Assembly: GCF_036321535.1 (NCBI RefSeq)
Contig: NC_087447.1
Span: 42,782,001 to 42,846,000 of the forward strand
Origin: Camelus dromedarius
Lineage: Eukaryota
DNA: 64,000 bases
Direction: 5' to 3'
Under the pieces are notes generated by a model that was not told the DNA's origin, made no database searches, and was given only the letters and a program-made list of their open reading frames with translations. Position numbers and translations under genes: made by a program. Numbering within the stretch: the stretch's first letter is position 1; the number at the start of each line of letters is the position of its first letter. Shown in pieces: positions 61,921 to 64,000 of this stretch.

Positions 61921-63476
61921 TGGTACTCTTGGGTCATCCCAAGGGGTAGTCTGGGAGAAGGAATACTTGGAGATAGAATGCCCAGTGAGTGGGGCTAAGG
62001 AAGGTGGAGCTGTACAGATTCCAGGTGGGGAGCCAGGCAGATTCACCTGGGCTTGGAGGGGAGCATTCCGAAAACTGCCTTTGCAGGAAGGAGCAGAGAT
62101 GGAGCAGAGCTGCTTCTCTGCAGCGGGCCTGCTGCCCCCAGGGAGGAGCGTGTTTGTCCTGGCGTGCTCAGAGAGGGCCTGGGCTGGGTCCCTGCCAAGG
62201 GGGCTGGCACTCGCTCGGCATTCCTACAGATTGGACACAATGATTCTAACCCAAATCCCACATACTTGATTTAATCACTTGGGGCTTTAGGGGAGGCGGG
62301 GGAGAGGGAAAGAAAGAGGAGTGAGTTTCAGGCCTAATATGGACAAAAACAGATTCTGCCTTCTCTTTAGATCTGTGACGTGTGGCCAGCAGGTTTGGAG
62401 ACTGAAATAGCCCCATCTGCATTTGCTTAGCAGCCTGCACGAGGGGCCAGCACCTGCTGCTCTGCTCCCACCCCACTCGGCCTTGCCAGGCTCTCCAGGC
62501 CTCTGAACCAGAGGCAGCCACAGAGCCCTGCCAGCCCCTAGCTGGGGAAGCTGACTCCTGTGGACTCACTCCAGCCTGCATTTGGGGGCTGCAGGCCTGT
62601 GCAGCTCTCAGTGTACATCTCCTCCAGCTGCCTACCTTTCCAATCCCCTTTATAAAAAAGCGTGCTTCTTCTCTGCTCTGTACATGCCTCTATCCTGTAT
62701 CTTTGTGTTTCTTTCCTTTCCTTTCTGTCAGAAGGCAGCATACTTTAGAAGTAATACAGCAAATCAGAGGCCAAAAACAGGCTCCTGGTTCCATGACTTC
62801 TAGATACATGACCTTTGGCAATGACTTAGTAATTTTGAGCTTGGTTTCCCCATCAATAAAATGGAGATAATAATACCTATCTAAGCAGTTTTTGGAAAGT
62901 ACCAAACCCAGGACTCAGATACGGTAAACATTCAGTAAATAGTAGTTTGCTTCCCTTATCTGGTTTCGATTTGCCTTCCTAGAATGGGGATGCGTCAAGG
63001 AAGGGACAAAAGAGTGACTGAGAAAAGGAATGTTTTGCAGAATGTCCCCTGTAAGGGGGCAGAAGACTACCTGGCTTGCTCCCAAGAATGTACAGAAGTC
63101 CCTCTCCTTACCATTGCTTCCTCTGGTGCCCCGGGGATTTAGGGATGGAAATCCACAAATCACCCTATAGCCTCTGCCAAACTCCTTAGTCCTTTGCCAG
63201 CCCCCATCAGTGTCCTGCTGGGAGGAAGGGTGGAGCCTGTGTAGAGCTTGGCAGGAGCCTGGCACCTTGGGCTGGAAGGCCCAGTGAAGGCTGAGGCCCA
63301 CCCCCGAAGAGTGGCAGCCTTTCCTTTGGGGGCCTGGTTGAGTAGAGGTTTAGAAGAGGCTTGGAAATCTTCCTTCACTGGAAGAGTGGTGCTTAGTCCT
63401 CAGTTCCCAAGGAGAAGGAGCCAGATATTGTAATCATGCATTCTCTGTCTGTGTCTCTCTCTCCTCCTTGTCCCAG

Positions 63477-63554
63477 CCAAGTGGGAAAGGGCCTCGGTTG
63501 CCAGAGGTATACTGTGTCATCAGCCGCCTTGGCTGCTTCGGCTTGTTTTCCAAG
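63477..63554 (+). CDS. DENND2B: DENND2B coding exon (PSGKGPRLPEVYCVISRLGCFGLFSK); gene continues beyond the window
   Basis: Long CT tract plus cccag acceptor, donor AAG|gtaaga; 78 nt. Confidence 0.95.
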
Positions 63555-64000
63555 GTAAGAGGGCTCTGGTTTACTTCCCTCCCCCTCCTCCTCCCCCCAG
63601 CTGACAGCTCCCATAGGAGTATCTGCTGGCGGCTTAGATGAGAAAACCACCTGTGTGTGTGTGAGAGGGTGAGAGAAGGCGAGAATGCAAGCACAAGTAC
63701 AAGTGCAAGCAAGCTCTCTGACTCCCCATCTACCAGCTCCTGCTCCAGCAGTGTCACAGCCCATGTCACAGCCCACCCTGGGCTGCGGGAGGAGCCAGAG
63801 TCTGTGAGGACAGAGACCCCTGGGGGAGCCAGGTGCCCAGGAACCCAGCCCTCAAATGGTATTTCCTTTGCCCAGCTAGTCACCTCTTGGGGTCTGAGGC
63901 AAGGACTCGTTAGGGAGCAGAGTAGTCCCTGAGTGACCAGGAAAACTGGAAGGGTAGGGTGTGAAGCTCCTGGCAAGGCAGTCCCCCATCTCCCAGCTTT

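Noticed and set aside
1..64000. CRISPR array, operon or other prokaryote-type novel system
   Set aside because: No regularly spaced repeats or dense ORFs; the sequence is explained as a spliced mammalian gene with interspersed repeats.

Overview
Mammalian genomic DNA, most likely a camelid: three tRNA-derived SINEs resemble the Vic-1 family and I saw no Alu, Bov-tA or PRE-1 elements. The whole window lies within one + strand gene, DENND2B (ST5, a DENN-domain Rab GEF). The first ~26 kb is upstream intron/5'UTR. Eleven coding exons (26106..63554) then splice at GT-AG sites into an open 2430-nt frame of 810 codons, MTMTANKNSS...GCFGLFSK; the gene continues past the window. The introns hold ordinary L1, L2, MIR, MaLR/ERV LTR, hAT and microsatellite sequence. 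I found no prokaryote-type system, CRISPR array or RNA gene, and no clearly new biological system. The best leads concern isoform architecture: candidate upstream exons that join in frame to the start exon, a candidate internal first exon (MVSGLG-), two candidate microexons that would rewrite the LxRxxS motif at an exon junction (one from an antisense SINE), a (TG)25T5 tract before the exon holding the p70 start codon, an intronic stop overlapping AATAAA, and an inverted CRE-like hairpin. All of these need RNA data. Repeat family names and boundaries were judged by eye and are approximate.
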